Source of the DNA: Planctomycetota bacterium
GTDB taxonomy: Bacteria > Planctomycetota > Phycisphaerae > WQYP01
Assembly (NCBI GenBank): GCA_021851715.1
Contig: JAJZCR010000001.1
Location: 7,517-71,516, forward strand
DNA: 64,000 bases
Direction of reading: 5' to 3'
Within the stretch, counting starts at the first letter, position 1; each line of letters opens with the position of its first letter. Under the pieces are notes generated by a model, which was not told the origin of the DNA, made no database searches, and saw nothing but the letters and a program-made list of their open reading frames with translations. This document shows positions 30,501-40,236 of the stretch, piece after piece. Both the position numbers and the translations under genes were made by a program.

Positions 30501-30791
30501 GGCCCGGTTGTCGGCAGCCTGCACCTGGTGAGGCACGATGGCAACATCACGATTTACGAAGCGGCGATTCCGTGGACAGAGCTTAGCCAATGGCATCCCC
30601 AGGCTGGTCGGACGTTTGGGTTTACGTTTATCGTCAATAGCTACCAGGGGCCGGACGCCGGTTTTGACAATCTCGCGGACGCCATTGCGTTCGGAGACAA
30701 CAAAAGCGCCACCAAACTCAACGGTCTGACGCTGCATCGCTATAACGAAGCCAAGCCGAGTTGTGCGGTACTCTGGGGACTGGTGAAATAA
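27582..30791 (+). CDS. Secreted large hydrolase, probably a clan GH-A-like glycoside hydrolase with extra C-terminal domains
   Basis: Signal peptide MRRLYLSGWIAPMAALLVAGAAQA. Central VLENWNEPWNG resembles the clan GH-A acid/base N-E-P strand. 1069 aa measured from ATG 27582. Confidence 0.55.
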   Translation: MRRLYLSGWIAPMAALLVAGAAQAAGPSLLDRRNLNVMGCAAPNIHYAFVTSSEPGNVFFPGDAVNLQIRLSAAGKGKFLEFSIGRIGMYKNRYWHPGWASMVPSGVPKIEFLGWRAHVRVVTGAAGKLGAALAASGRGYPAASATYLKPAPGGGSMLEVSHLPVPERYGCYVITVAPDGKNPQFLCTVLRAHRITPGFNTGAPILNEAALMTQGADNNPALLLRGARTASRLGLKILRFEAHWSSVEQKRGVYNWSSLDPMMHAMAKAGVRTMWTVDCAPFWTMPFDQPTPACIPTKADWSCEPKYLPLFKKWLNAACRRYWDHGRGSLWVLENWNEPWNGISISGWESDIPHYRAIMRVIAAVAHAQKPPMKTAAAGWIGNTENMFLTGRHPAKQIKMVDIFTDHYVQPDFSYGPMVAHYWQKQSMDTESWVACNEMMLPQVMTQFMACGQGHVNPCYPDFIYFSAPGSPTTYTMPTPVALACNTFSYFITDKPFRRMLFMHHLPFAFEFGTDPHAVVVLLGRLFTPFGNSLRSVLWWQFNLTHGGTMSFNNADGAIHIYNLDGNRVFMRKRRVTLPVTTLAYYLTCPQGGVELIRQRLAAARYKDVRPVEIIAHDFTQFLNRPGAQLHTTLHNLLPRKISGTLSIVAPAGIKLAQDRVRVALNPGQSLDVAVAVIQARIARTNVYPFRYAFASAAGHAGWSENLHALVAVHKTIKINGDLSQWKSIPGVMHGCEKGQAWFANHRWLPFSQEAAKYPHQFFSQVKLAYDSRYFYVLARVNDAVAYPGHLRLATRNDAQYFRSAKDDVYCESLKPYEKFILAAPWNTPLVVPAALQRNALFAAYEKFLATHRRAKAEVATGAAAVFFRERKINPRATFADATYVYKKTPHVDLPWVGNTLQFALHVIPGYNSRDMRLDTKLVPAGFHAMPDTDYEYALYACKGGGSELWRLLAPGVPRGFYWPRQPRAKVDQGPVVGSLHLVRHDGNITIYEAAIPWTELSQWHPQAGRTFGFTFIVNSYQGPDAGFDNLADAIAFGDNKSATKLNGLTLHRYNEAKPSCAVLWGLVK

Positions 30792-30867
30792 CGCGCGGTA
30801 ACCGCCGGGACAGCGGAGCCGCATGCGACATTATTTTTATATCTCGACGCAAGAAAGGGTTGAACCG

Positions 30868-31584
30868 ATGAATGCACTTTTTCCATCCACGTTGTCCCTG
30901 ATCATCATGCTGGCGGCCGGCGCATGGGCAGTGCCAGGGGCGGCGATGAACTCGCGGGTGCTGCCGTTGCGCATTGCCTGTGTGGGCGACAGTATCACGT
31001 GGGGGTACCATGTGCCGCACCGGTTGATCAATGCATATCCGGTGGTACTGCAGCGGCTGGTGGGACCGGCCTATGTGGTGCGGGGCTTTGGCCACAGCGG
31101 GGCCACCGCGTTAAGGCATCCCACGTGGAATGTTTCGTACTGGAACGTACCGGAATTTAAACAGGCCACGGCGTTTAAGCCTCATGTAGTGATTGTGATG
31201 CTGGGCACCAATGATTCCAACCATGGCAACCTGGCCGTGATGCGGCGGTATTTTAGTCGGGATTTTACTGCCCTGATCCGGCACTTTCAGAAGCTTTCCA
31301 CGCATCCGAAGGTTTTTATCTGTCTACCGCCATCACTGGGCGATGGAACCATCACCGGTCCGCAAGAGGCGGTGCCGAAAACCGGGGTGGCTCCGCGCAT
31401 TGTGGCGGTGGCCCGAAGGCTGCATCTGCCGCTGATCAATCTGCTCTACGCAATGGGCGGGCGGTGGAAGCTTTTTAATGCGGATCATATTCATCCCAAT
31501 ATCCAGGGTCAGAGAGTGCTGGCGCAGGTGGTCGATCATGCGCTGGTGAAGGCGGGGGTAGTTGTTGAGAGGACGCAGCAGTAA
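30868..31584 (+). CDS. SGNH/GDSL-family hydrolase (esterase/acetylesterase-like), secreted
   Basis: GDSITWG block I, GTND block III and DHIHPN block V. Signal peptide MNALFPSTLSLIIMLAAGAWAVPGAA. Confidence 0.75.
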   Translation: MNALFPSTLSLIIMLAAGAWAVPGAAMNSRVLPLRIACVGDSITWGYHVPHRLINAYPVVLQRLVGPAYVVRGFGHSGATALRHPTWNVSYWNVPEFKQATAFKPHVVIVMLGTNDSNHGNLAVMRRYFSRDFTALIRHFQKLSTHPKVFICLPPSLGDGTITGPQEAVPKTGVAPRIVAVARRLHLPLINLLYAMGGRWKLFNADHIHPNIQGQRVLAQVVDHALVKAGVVVERTQQ

Positions 31585-31661
31585 GCTGGCAGGGGTGCTG
31601 CAGGAGCCCGGATCCGGGAGCGACGGCGTGGAATCTTCCGACTACCGGGGCGGCGAGTATC

Positions 31662-32651
31662 CTACGACAGCCAATGCCGCAGGCGGCGTTTAAGCCTGTG
31701 CTGTAACCGGTGCAGGGTGCCGGGTACGGCCGGTATTTGCGAGATGTGCCGGCCGAGCTGAGTTTCCAGATCTTGGCAGTAACCAAGCAGTGGCGCAAAG
31801 TCCGCAAGTTCCCGCTGGATGAGAGTCCATGGTTCACGTATCAGCGCATCAGTCGGGTGCAGATGGTCGTCGGCCAGGGCGGTCAGCGATTCATAGGCCC
31901 GCCATACCACCGGCGGTACTGCCGGGTGATTTTGCAGGTCCTGCCGGGAGTGGATCGCATGACGCAGGTGCGCAGCCAGGAATTCCGCCGCGTAGGTATC
32001 CACCGCTTGAGCGACCGGGGGCGTCCAGGGCAAAGACAGGGAATTGGCCACGCGTTGCATCTGCCGGCGCGGGTCAGCCAGCAGGGCGTCGTAATTCACC
32101 ACCACGCAGGGGCGATCCCAGCTGCCGGTCAAGGCGGCGGCGTTGCGCAGCAACCAGAAGATGCAGGATCGGCGTACATCAAAGCCGGCGTCAATGCCAG
32201 CCAACGATGCCGCCACGCTCAGCGGATTGCGTACAGCCAGCACATAAGCATCCTGATAATGGTCCTGTCGCAGGAGGCCCTGCCAGAAGGGCAGGGTCAG
32301 GGTGGTCCGTGGATCCTTAAAGCCCCACAGGCGGCAGCGGCCATAGCGGTGGCGGATCAGTGATCGGGCTTGATCTTTTAAGGGCATAAGGGCGGGCAGG
32401 TTGAAGGTTGCGGGACTTACCAGGTTCAGGCTCATGTTGGATGAGCCTGCCACGGTCAGCACCGCATCATTGATCCGGCGCAAATCATCATCTTCAAAAT
32501 AGCCACGCGGATTTTCCTGCGGATCAGGCCGCACCAGATGATCACCGAGTTCAACGCCCAGCGCGGCTAATCCGCGGGCGATGGCGCTGGTGCCGCTGCG
32601 GCCGGCCCCCAGCACAAGAATAACACGCTGCACATCAGGTTGATCCATCAT
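31662..32651 (-). CDS. Sulfotransferase-family protein (P-loop PAPS-binding)
   Basis: 5'-PSB-like VLGAGRSGTS near the N-terminus and a 3'-PB-like VRNPLSVAAS. The start is taken as MMDQ at 32651. The ORF could extend to 32732, overlapping the upstream glycosyltransferase. Confidence 0.65.
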   Translation of the reverse strand: MMDQPDVQRVILVLGAGRSGTSAIARGLAALGVELGDHLVRPDPQENPRGYFEDDDLRRINDAVLTVAGSSNMSLNLVSPATFNLPALMPLKDQARSLIRHRYGRCRLWGFKDPRTTLTLPFWQGLLRQDHYQDAYVLAVRNPLSVAASLAGIDAGFDVRRSCIFWLLRNAAALTGSWDRPCVVVNYDALLADPRRQMQRVANSLSLPWTPPVAQAVDTYAAEFLAAHLRHAIHSRQDLQNHPAVPPVVWRAYESLTALADDHLHPTDALIREPWTLIQRELADFAPLLGYCQDLETQLGRHISQIPAVPGTLHRLQHRLKRRLRHWLS

Positions 32652-32671
32652 TTGTCCCGCTGGAAGTGTGT

Positions 32672-34660
32672 TTAATGCGGCTGGAGGCACGGTGTTCCGC
32701 GGCGGGTTGACCATTTGGCCCTGCGCAGACAATGTCGGCCACAGCCCAATTCCATGTCACCGGCCCGGACACAGGCCGGTCCGCCGAGCGGGCGGCTGAG
32801 GCAGGCGGCAAGAAGAATGAAAATGTACAGCGGCCAGCGGTGCCGGCGCAGCAGTCGGCGCAGGGCGCGAAACGGCCCGGTGATATTCCAGGAAATGGAT
32901 TGCTGCATGCGATTCACCACCTCCCAGGCCGCCGCCGCGGTATGAACGATGGGCCGGGCCTCCGACGGGTGCCCGCCGAGGCGGGCGGAAATGTCACGGA
33001 AGATACGTGTACTGCGCCAGGATGCGGATTGCCAGTGGCGGTCCACAAAGGCCTGGGGTGTCTGTGCCAGCCCGTGTGGCCATGGCAAGGCCGCGTCGCT
33101 TTGCCAGGTATGATACGTGCCGTGGGCGTAAAGCAGCAATTCGCGCAGCGGTGCGGGCGCAGCCTGCAGGTAGGGCTGAATGATACGCAGCCGGGCGGCA
33201 TGTGGATCGGTACTGCCGCACATGCCGGATGGGTTCATGCGATACCAGAAGAGCCGCCGGGGGATGGTCTGGAGATGAAAACCGCGCAGCACCGCCCTGG
33301 CAAAAAATTCCCAATCTTCAAACCCCACGCCGTAATCTTCGCCAAAACCGCCAAGTAATTCCATGGCCTGGCGCCGGATCAGGGCGTTGGCCGGCCCAAA
33401 CACATTACGAAAGGCACCGGCAGCCACCGCCGGCCCGAGAAACACTTGAATATTCCGCGGGGGCTGATTTTCCGCCGGTGGTTCCAGAGAGGAAAATCGT
33501 TCCATCGAGCAGGTTAAAATGTCCGCACCGGTGTGCCGGGCGACCCGCATAAACACGCTGATTTCATCGGATTGGGCCACATCGTCATCATCCATGAACA
33601 GCAGGTATTCGCCGCGGGCGGCCCGGGCGGCGGTATTGCGTGCCGCTCCCAGATAACGATTATTCTGGCGGATGATTTGCCAGTCCTTGACGGCGAATTC
33701 CGGCTCCAACGAGTTTAAAAAGCCGATTGCGGCGGGATCGGTACTGCCGTCATCACAAACAACCACCTCCAAATGCGGGTAATCCTGGTTGCGTATGGAT
33801 TCCAAAGCCCGGGCCAGAAGAAGTGGGCGATTAAAATGGCAGATACATACGCTTACCAGCGTTGCCGCGGCCTGGTCTTTGGGCGTGAAGGTCGAAACCG
33901 GGTCTGGGCATTTGGCCAGCAGACGATCGTGCCAGCGTAGCCATTGGGCAGTGCCGGCTGTTTGATCACAGGCCGGCTCAATCGTCACAGGGTCCGCATC
34001 CGGGGGCAGGTTCAGCCGGCCTGCCGCGGCCTGTGGTTGCGTGCTCCAGAGAGCATCGGCCATGGATACCATTTGCCGCTGCATGAAAGCGGCCTCAAGT
34101 TCCTCCACCTGATGTAAAAATGAAGGCTGGTCCGACCCTGCACGCGGGGCAGGATGGTCCAGGCCAACGACAAATCGGGTGTGCTGGAAGGCCCAGCCCT
34201 GATGTTTCGCCAGCATACTGTGGTAGCCCACTCCGGGCCACAGGGGCAGATGGACCAGGTTCAGGCGATCTTGTCGGCTAAGAAGAAACTGTAACAGGCG
34301 GTAGCTGGTTTGGGCCGGGCCGGCGGGTCCCACGCGCACTGCGGGCATATCCGGCAGTGCCGCAAAATCTATCCCCATGTTGCGATAGTGGTTGGTCCAG
34401 AACCGGATGGTTTGTGCCGGAGAGTGTGGACCGGGCAGATAAAGCACCTGCACATGATGGCCCGCCGCAGCCAGGGCGGCTGCCAGCGGGTCGGCGGAAT
34501 TGGCAGCAGACGCACCCGAACCGGCACCTGAGAGAACCGGCCGCAACAGGCAAATGTGAAGCGGGAGATTTGAGCTTAAAGCTCGGCCGGCAACCTGCGG
34601 TACGGCGAGAGCCGAATCGGCGGTGGCCCGGTTATATGTTTCGCCGACGGTTAAAGCCAT
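32672..34660 (-). CDS. Two-domain glycosyltransferase. The N-terminal half is GT-B Rossmann-like; the C-terminal half is family-2 (GT-A).
   Basis: VSVCICHFNRPLLLARALESIRNQDYPHLEVVVCDDGSTD and FMDDDD (DxD) match GT2. The N-terminal HICLL...AAALAAAGHHVQVL has a GT-B-like N-domain shape. Confidence 0.65.
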   Translation of the reverse strand: MALTVGETYNRATADSALAVPQVAGRALSSNLPLHICLLRPVLSGAGSGASAANSADPLAAALAAAGHHVQVLYLPGPHSPAQTIRFWTNHYRNMGIDFAALPDMPAVRVGPAGPAQTSYRLLQFLLSRQDRLNLVHLPLWPGVGYHSMLAKHQGWAFQHTRFVVGLDHPAPRAGSDQPSFLHQVEELEAAFMQRQMVSMADALWSTQPQAAAGRLNLPPDADPVTIEPACDQTAGTAQWLRWHDRLLAKCPDPVSTFTPKDQAAATLVSVCICHFNRPLLLARALESIRNQDYPHLEVVVCDDGSTDPAAIGFLNSLEPEFAVKDWQIIRQNNRYLGAARNTAARAARGEYLLFMDDDDVAQSDEISVFMRVARHTGADILTCSMERFSSLEPPAENQPPRNIQVFLGPAVAAGAFRNVFGPANALIRRQAMELLGGFGEDYGVGFEDWEFFARAVLRGFHLQTIPRRLFWYRMNPSGMCGSTDPHAARLRIIQPYLQAAPAPLRELLLYAHGTYHTWQSDAALPWPHGLAQTPQAFVDRHWQSASWRSTRIFRDISARLGGHPSEARPIVHTAAAAWEVVNRMQQSISWNITGPFRALRRLLRRHRWPLYIFILLAACLSRPLGGPACVRAGDMELGCGRHCLRRAKWSTRRGTPCLQPH

Positions 34661-34731
34661 TCGCCAACGGTCCTTTCTCTACTATTAAACGATTGATGCG
34701 GGCCGGGGTTGCAAAGGGGTGCGGCGCTTCA

Positions 34732-35172
34732 TCATTGGATCATGCGCAGCCACAGGGCGGTAGCCAAGCCCCAGATGATGTTAAGCAAGATGACAAACAA
34801 AAAGGTGGTGTGGCCGAAATCCATGCCCAGCCAGCCTTTGTGCATCCAAAAAGGGAAAACCACCAACAGGTCAAATGCGGCCGGCAGCAAGCCATACACC
34901 AGGCCGCGTTTGAAGGTGGAACCGGCCAGGAGCGGCAGCAAAAAGCACAGGCCGAAGATGCCGCCCCAGACCAGGTGCTGGTAAAACCGCCATTTATTAA
35001 AATCACCGGAAAGGCTGCAATGCAGCAAAGCAAAGAGATTCAATTTTCCGCAAAGCCAAGCCGCACCTGCATTGACCAGAGCGCCGAACATGCCGGCGGC
35101 AAAAGTCATGGAGATTTCGCGGGGCACGCTGCTGGAAGTACCGGCGGAGGCCATACAAACTCCTTGGGACAA
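34732..35172 (-). CDS. Small polytopic membrane protein, unknown function
   Basis: Four hydrophobic helices. It lies between xerC/D and the glycosyltransferase on the same strand with short gaps. Start is uncertain (alternative Met at 35154 or 35109). Confidence 0.4.
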   Translation of the reverse strand: MSQGVCMASAGTSSSVPREISMTFAAGMFGALVNAGAAWLCGKLNLFALLHCSLSGDFNKWRFYQHLVWGGIFGLCFLLPLLAGSTFKRGLVYGLLPAAFDLLVVFPFWMHKGWLGMDFGHTTFLFVILLNIIWGLATALWLRMIQ

Positions 35173-35211
35173 ACCCGACGGAGTATAGCATGGGCCGTGC
35201 GTGCCTTATTT

Positions 35212-36222
35212 TCAAGTGGCGCGTGGGTGGGCGCTTTCGTAGGCCTCGCGGATCCGGTGCGTGGTCAGGTGGGTGTAAATTTGCGTGGTGCTCAGACTCT
35301 GGTGGCCCAGCAATTCCTGCACCGACCGTAAATCCGCCCCATGGTTGAGCATGTGCGTGGCAAAGCTGTGCCGCAGCGTGTGCGGGCTGATATCCGGATC
35401 GAGGTGGGCTTCCAGCAGGTATTTATCCAACTTTCGCCGCACCGACCTGGTGCTTAATCGCTGGCCGTGCTTGTTAATGAACAGCGAAGAGACGGAACTG
35501 CCGGCGGGCACGGTAGAATTGCGCATGGGCATATATTTTTGAATGGCGTTCATGGCGGTCTGGCCGACGGGGTTCAGGCGTTCCTTTTTGCCTTTGCCGC
35601 GGACTTTGATGACATTGCCGGAAAAATCCACATCGTCGACATTAAGTCCCACCAGTTCGCTTACCCGCATGCCGGTGCTGTAAATGACTTCCAGCATGGC
35701 TTTATCGCGTGAACCAAGCAGGTCGGTATCTTTCGGGGTTTGCAGAAGCCGGTTGACCTGCTCTTCGGTCATAAATTTGGGCAGGCGTTTTTCCAGCTTC
35801 GGCGTGCGAATGGTGAGCATGGGGTTGTTGCCGGTGAGGCCGCGTTTGTTGAGGAATTTGAAAAAGCTGCGGAGGGTAGCCAGTTTTCTGGCCATGGTGG
35901 CTTTGGAATAATTCTGTTCGCGCATCTTCTGCAGGTAGTTGCGCACGTCATCAACATTGGCGTTCACCAGCAATTGATCGAGTTGCTCAGGCGAAGATTC
36001 GGTGGCCTGAGCCGCCGCGGCTGGAATGGCGGCCGGCGCTGATGCCGGCGAATTTCCCGTGCCATTTACCGCCGGTGTCGGGGCACCGGGATTAGCCAAA
36101 AAACCGCCGAATTGCTTGAGATCTGCGCCATAGCAGCGGCTGGTGTAGCTGGAAAAATGCCGTTCAAATTGCAGATAATTGAGAAAATCTTGAACCCGTG
36201 CTGGGAGAATGAAGGTTTCCAT
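35212..36222 (-). CDS. Tyrosine site-specific recombinase of the XerC/XerD type
   Basis: N-terminal LQFERHFSSYTSRCYGADL core-binding domain. The catalytic RHSFATHML...LGHQSLSTTQIYTH contains the R-H-R-Y residues. Start METFIL at 36222. Confidence 0.8.
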   Translation of the reverse strand: METFILPARVQDFLNYLQFERHFSSYTSRCYGADLKQFGGFLANPGAPTPAVNGTGNSPASAPAAIPAAAAQATESSPEQLDQLLVNANVDDVRNYLQKMREQNYSKATMARKLATLRSFFKFLNKRGLTGNNPMLTIRTPKLEKRLPKFMTEEQVNRLLQTPKDTDLLGSRDKAMLEVIYSTGMRVSELVGLNVDDVDFSGNVIKVRGKGKKERLNPVGQTAMNAIQKYMPMRNSTVPAGSSVSSLFINKHGQRLSTRSVRRKLDKYLLEAHLDPDISPHTLRHSFATHMLNHGADLRSVQELLGHQSLSTTQIYTHLTTHRIREAYESAHPRAT

Positions 36223-36813
36223 GATGAAATTACCGCCTCTATACCGGGGGACGTCATTTAGCCATTCCATAAGCCAGACAACGTCGCGCTACCGGCACGA
36301 CACAGGATGCCACCAGAGCGGCTTCCAGCCATCTCTGCCACGAAATCTCTCTTCGGCCATTTAGCGGCCGCACTTGCGGCCAAACTCATCGAAAAATCCC
36401 GCTCTGGGCATATTTGTTAAGCCCGGCCGGAATCCTTAAATTGCCGCTTGCCCCGAACACTTCTATCGGCTGTTTGGTTACGCGGACTGTACGTCGCGGA
36501 TGTTTTTGGAGCGGTGATTTTCGGGGCGGTAAAATTGGATAAAATGGGGGATTTGTATCGGACGGTGGGGGCCTATAACTTTAAGAGATAGGCCCGCAGG
36601 CTTGCAATTATTGTCCCAAGCGCCATAATCCGGTGTTTCGCGGTTGTCGCCGGACGTTGTCGGTGGTAACTGCGGTGACGGCAACGCCCAGGGCCGCCGG
36701 CCGCGACAGATATCGGACGGCAGCGCCCTGCAGGCAAGTCGGCGGTAACAGCGCTGATTCGCCGCCCGGGGCGGTGAATCCGGTGAAAATTTGAAGATTG
36801 GAAATAGCGGCGT

Positions 36814-37620
36814 ATGGATTATGCATTAGCGGTTGCAACGGCTCTGGGAGCCTTGAGCATTTATCTGCTTTTGCCGCGGGGACGTGGCTCGCTGGTAAAA
36901 ACCGGAGCGCTGGTGGGCGTATTGACGCTTGGCTCGGCCATGCTTTATTTGCTGCGCTGGGTAGGCCTTCATGAAGTGGAGAGCCAGGGTGCGGGGCTGA
37001 ATGTTTTTTTCTGCCTGTTTGCCCTGATTGCGGTGATCTCGGCCACGGCCGTGATCTGTCATCCGCGACCGTTGTATTGTGCGCTTTATTTTGTGCTGCT
37101 GACTCTGGCTGTGGCGGGGCTGTTTATTTTGCTCTTTGCCCAGTTCATGGCCATTGTGCTGATCATCATTTACGCCGGAGCCATTTTGGTTACCTACGTT
37201 TTCGTCATAATGTTGGCGAGTCCCGGCGGCAATGTGGCCGTGGCTGATTACGACCGTGTAACGACGGATCCATTGCTGGCGGTGCTGGTAAGTTTTGTGC
37301 TGCTGGGCACGGTGCTGCAACTGATGTTTATTGGTAAGCCGCGGGCATTTATGGCCGCGCGACCGTCCGGTCCGGTTGCGGTGGGCATGACCATGGGCCA
37401 CAAGATTTTGGCCGGCAAGCCGGCCCAGGCAGGTCAAAAGCCGGCTCCGAAGATGGGCGGGATGGAACTGCTGGGCGTGAACTTATATTCACAATATGCA
37501 TTGCCGCTGGAACTGGCCGGTATTTTGCTGACCATTTCCCTGGTTGGAGCGGTGATGATTGCCCGTAAGAACGAACCTGCCGCCGGGGTACTGGGAACAG
37601 GTCAAATGCCGACGGAATAA
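36814..37620 (+). CDS. nuoJ: NADH-quinone oxidoreductase subunit J
   Basis: Membrane protein with a NuoJ-like sequence and a Gly/Pro-rich internal loop. It is the first gene of the J-K-L-M-N run. Confidence 0.8.
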   Translation: MDYALAVATALGALSIYLLLPRGRGSLVKTGALVGVLTLGSAMLYLLRWVGLHEVESQGAGLNVFFCLFALIAVISATAVICHPRPLYCALYFVLLTLAVAGLFILLFAQFMAIVLIIIYAGAILVTYVFVIMLASPGGNVAVADYDRVTTDPLLAVLVSFVLLGTVLQLMFIGKPRAFMAARPSGPVAVGMTMGHKILAGKPAQAGQKPAPKMGGMELLGVNLYSQYALPLELAGILLTISLVGAVMIARKNEPAAGVLGTGQMPTE

Positions 37621-37646
37621 TTCCGCGGTTAAAAAAGGAATCGGCC

Positions 37647-37964
37647 ATGGCGGTGATGAGTCAAGCGATTTTATATGAATACCTGTCGCTGGGAGCGGTG
37701 CTGTTTGTGCTGGGGCTGATTGGTTTTGTGGCCCGCCGCAACATGATCCTGATATTTTTATCCACGGAAATCATGTTTCAGGGGGTGGCCATCAACCTGA
37801 TCGCCTTTGGCCGGTATTGGATGAATATGGACGGCCAGTCGTTTGTGATCTTTCTTTTAACCATAGCTGCGGCGGAAGCATCCCTGGCGTTGGGGCTGGT
37901 GATATTGCTGTTCCGTCGGCGGGAAACGTTGAATGTGGATGTCTGGTCGGAGATGCAGGGATAA
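37647..37964 (+). CDS. nuoK: NADH-quinone oxidoreductase subunit K
   Basis: 105 aa with three transmembrane helices and a conserved NuoK sequence (…GLVILLFRRR…). Confidence 0.9.
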   Translation: MAVMSQAILYEYLSLGAVLFVLGLIGFVARRNMILIFLSTEIMFQGVAINLIAFGRYWMNMDGQSFVIFLLTIAAAEASLALGLVILLFRRRETLNVDVWSEMQG

Positions 37965-38108
37965 ACGCCCAAAGGCGGACGGGGATTGAGCAAAGTGCGG
38001 GATGGATACGCAAGAATGTAATCGGTGAGCCACACCCCAGTATTGGCGGATGATTGCGGGGCTGATGGCCGGGCCAGAATGAAGTTATAGCCGGAGACTT
38101 TTCAACTT

Positions 38109-40199
38109 ATGCTGCCAGGTCTGTCAATTATGCAGAGCGTCGCTCTGATTCCCTTATTTCCGCTGCTGGCGGCGCTGATCATCACGTTGTCGGGTGCCAG
38201 GGTGCTTAAGTCGCGGTCCTGGATGCCTGCCGTGATCGGCGTGGCGATTTCAGCGGTGCTGGCGTTGTCGTTGTTGGTGATGTTCCAGCGGCGGCACATT
38301 GTCGGGGTCCAGCATCTCACCATTTACCATTGGATCAGTTCCGGCGGATTTTCCATTCCGATCGGCATTTATGTGGATCCGCTGACCAGTTTGTTTCTGG
38401 TGTTTGTCACGTTTGTTTCGACGTTGATATTCATTTATTCCTGCGGTTATATGCAGGGGGATTACGGCTATTTCCGCTTTTTTGCGTACCTGAGCCTGTT
38501 TGTGTTTTTCATGTGTACGCTGGTGCTGGCTGATAACTTCGTCCTGCTGTATTTAGGCTGGGAAGGCGTGGGTCTGGCCAGCTACCTGCTGGTGGGTTAT
38601 TACTATACCAAGCCGTCGGCGCGGGAGGCGGCCAAAAAAGCGTTCATCGTCAATCGGATTGGCGATACCTGTTTGGCCATTGCCATTTTCATTATTTACC
38701 TGGTTTTTCATACCGAAACATTCAGCCGGATTTTTCAGTCCAGCGACCTTAAGAATGTCGGGTTTCTGGCGGCCCATCACGGAACCCTGATCTGGATTGC
38801 ACTGCTGCTGATGTTTGGGGCATTCGCCAAATCGGCTCAGTTTCCGCTGCATGTGTGGTTGCCCGATGCCATGGAAGGTCCCACGCCGGTTTCCGCGCTT
38901 ATTCACGCCGCCACCATGGTTACCGCCGGCGTGTACCTGATCGCCCGCTGCATGCCACTGTTCACCCTGGCCATGCCGGTGTTGCATCTGGTGGGGGTGG
39001 TGGGCTGTTTCACGGCCTTTATGGCGGCCACCATTGCCATGTGTCAATATGACATGAAGCGCATATGGGCCTATTCCACGGTCTCGCAGCTTGGCTACAT
39101 GTTCATGGCGCTGGGCGTGGCTTCCGGCACGGCGGCGGTGTTTCATGTTTTTACACACGCCTTTTTCAAGGCCCTTCTGTTTTTGTCCACCGGGTCGGTG
39201 ATGCACGCGATGGGCGGCGAATTGGATATTCGCAAGATGTCGGGAATTCGCAAGGTGATGCCCATTACCGCCGGCTGCCTGTTGATCGGTGCCTTGGCGC
39301 TTTCAGGCTTTCCGGGTTTTTCCGGTTTTTTCAGCAAGGATGAAATTCTTACAGCGGCGATGAATGCCTCTTGGAACTGGGGGCCGCTGCTTTCGGTGGT
39401 GGGTTTTATAACCGCCCTGATCACAGCATATTACACCTTCCGGGTTTTTTTTCGTGTGTTCATGGGAGACCTGGTTCTGCCGGCCACAGCGGGTAAGCAC
39501 GAGCCATCCGCGTTTGTGCTGCCGGAGCAGGCGCGGCTCGAATCTTCTGCAGCGCATGGGTCGCATGGTAACACCGGGCACGAGACCGACGGGCATAAAC
39601 CATCGGACGGGTCCGCGGCCATGTGGATGCCGCTGATTATTCTGGCCTGTGGTGCCGCGTTGGCCGGATACCTGGGGGTCTTTGGCGGAGCCAACGGCGG
39701 CGGCTGGATTCAATCGTTTTTAAGCCCGGTGCATTTGCTCAATGGAGCGGCACATCCGGTTGTCATAACACCCGGGACCCATATTCCAGTGCAGACGGTG
39801 TCTACTGTACGCGTGGCTCCGGCCATGCTGATGGGTGCGGGTGCGGTGCTGGTTCTGCTGGGCGTGCTGGTTGCGGCCTATTTTCACTGGGCCAACCGCC
39901 GGGCCGCCGATGCTGTCGGTGCAGCCCTGGCACCCGTGGTTAAGTTCTTGGAAAACAAGTGGTACATCGACGAACTTTACAACTACGGCATTGTTCAACC
40001 GCTGTGGCTGTTCGGTCAGGCGCTATCCATTTTTGACCGCTTTGTGGTGGATGGGGTGGTGTTTATGATCGGCTTTTTCCCACAATTTACAGGCTATGTC
40101 CTTAAACCCACGCAAAGCGGACGGTTGCGGTATTACGGCATCGGCATGATTGCGGGTGTCGCGGTGGTGATACTGGGAGTGTTGTATCTGCTGCGGTAG
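38109..40199 (+). CDS. nuoL: NADH-quinone oxidoreductase subunit L
   Basis: Antiporter-like subunit with a proton-pumping core (…WLPDAMEGPTPVSALIHAATMVTAGVYL…). The start may be at 38130. Confidence 0.9.
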   Translation: MLPGLSIMQSVALIPLFPLLAALIITLSGARVLKSRSWMPAVIGVAISAVLALSLLVMFQRRHIVGVQHLTIYHWISSGGFSIPIGIYVDPLTSLFLVFVTFVSTLIFIYSCGYMQGDYGYFRFFAYLSLFVFFMCTLVLADNFVLLYLGWEGVGLASYLLVGYYYTKPSAREAAKKAFIVNRIGDTCLAIAIFIIYLVFHTETFSRIFQSSDLKNVGFLAAHHGTLIWIALLLMFGAFAKSAQFPLHVWLPDAMEGPTPVSALIHAATMVTAGVYLIARCMPLFTLAMPVLHLVGVVGCFTAFMAATIAMCQYDMKRIWAYSTVSQLGYMFMALGVASGTAAVFHVFTHAFFKALLFLSTGSVMHAMGGELDIRKMSGIRKVMPITAGCLLIGALALSGFPGFSGFFSKDEILTAAMNASWNWGPLLSVVGFITALITAYYTFRVFFRVFMGDLVLPATAGKHEPSAFVLPEQARLESSAAHGSHGNTGHETDGHKPSDGSAAMWMPLIILACGAALAGYLGVFGGANGGGWIQSFLSPVHLLNGAAHPVVITPGTHIPVQTVSTVRVAPAMLMGAGAVLVLLGVLVAAYFHWANRRAADAVGAALAPVVKFLENKWYIDELYNYGIVQPLWLFGQALSIFDRFVVDGVVFMIGFFPQFTGYVLKPTQSGRLRYYGIGMIAGVAVVILGVLYLLR

Positions 40200-40236
40200 C
40201 CCCAATCCTCTGGACCGTTGAAACCGGAGCCGGGCC

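Noticed and set aside
36570-36596. GGCCTAT-N11-ATAGGCC inverted repeat upstream of nuoJ
   Set aside because: It is a short isolated stem with no U-tract and no second copy noticed. It is probably insignificant.
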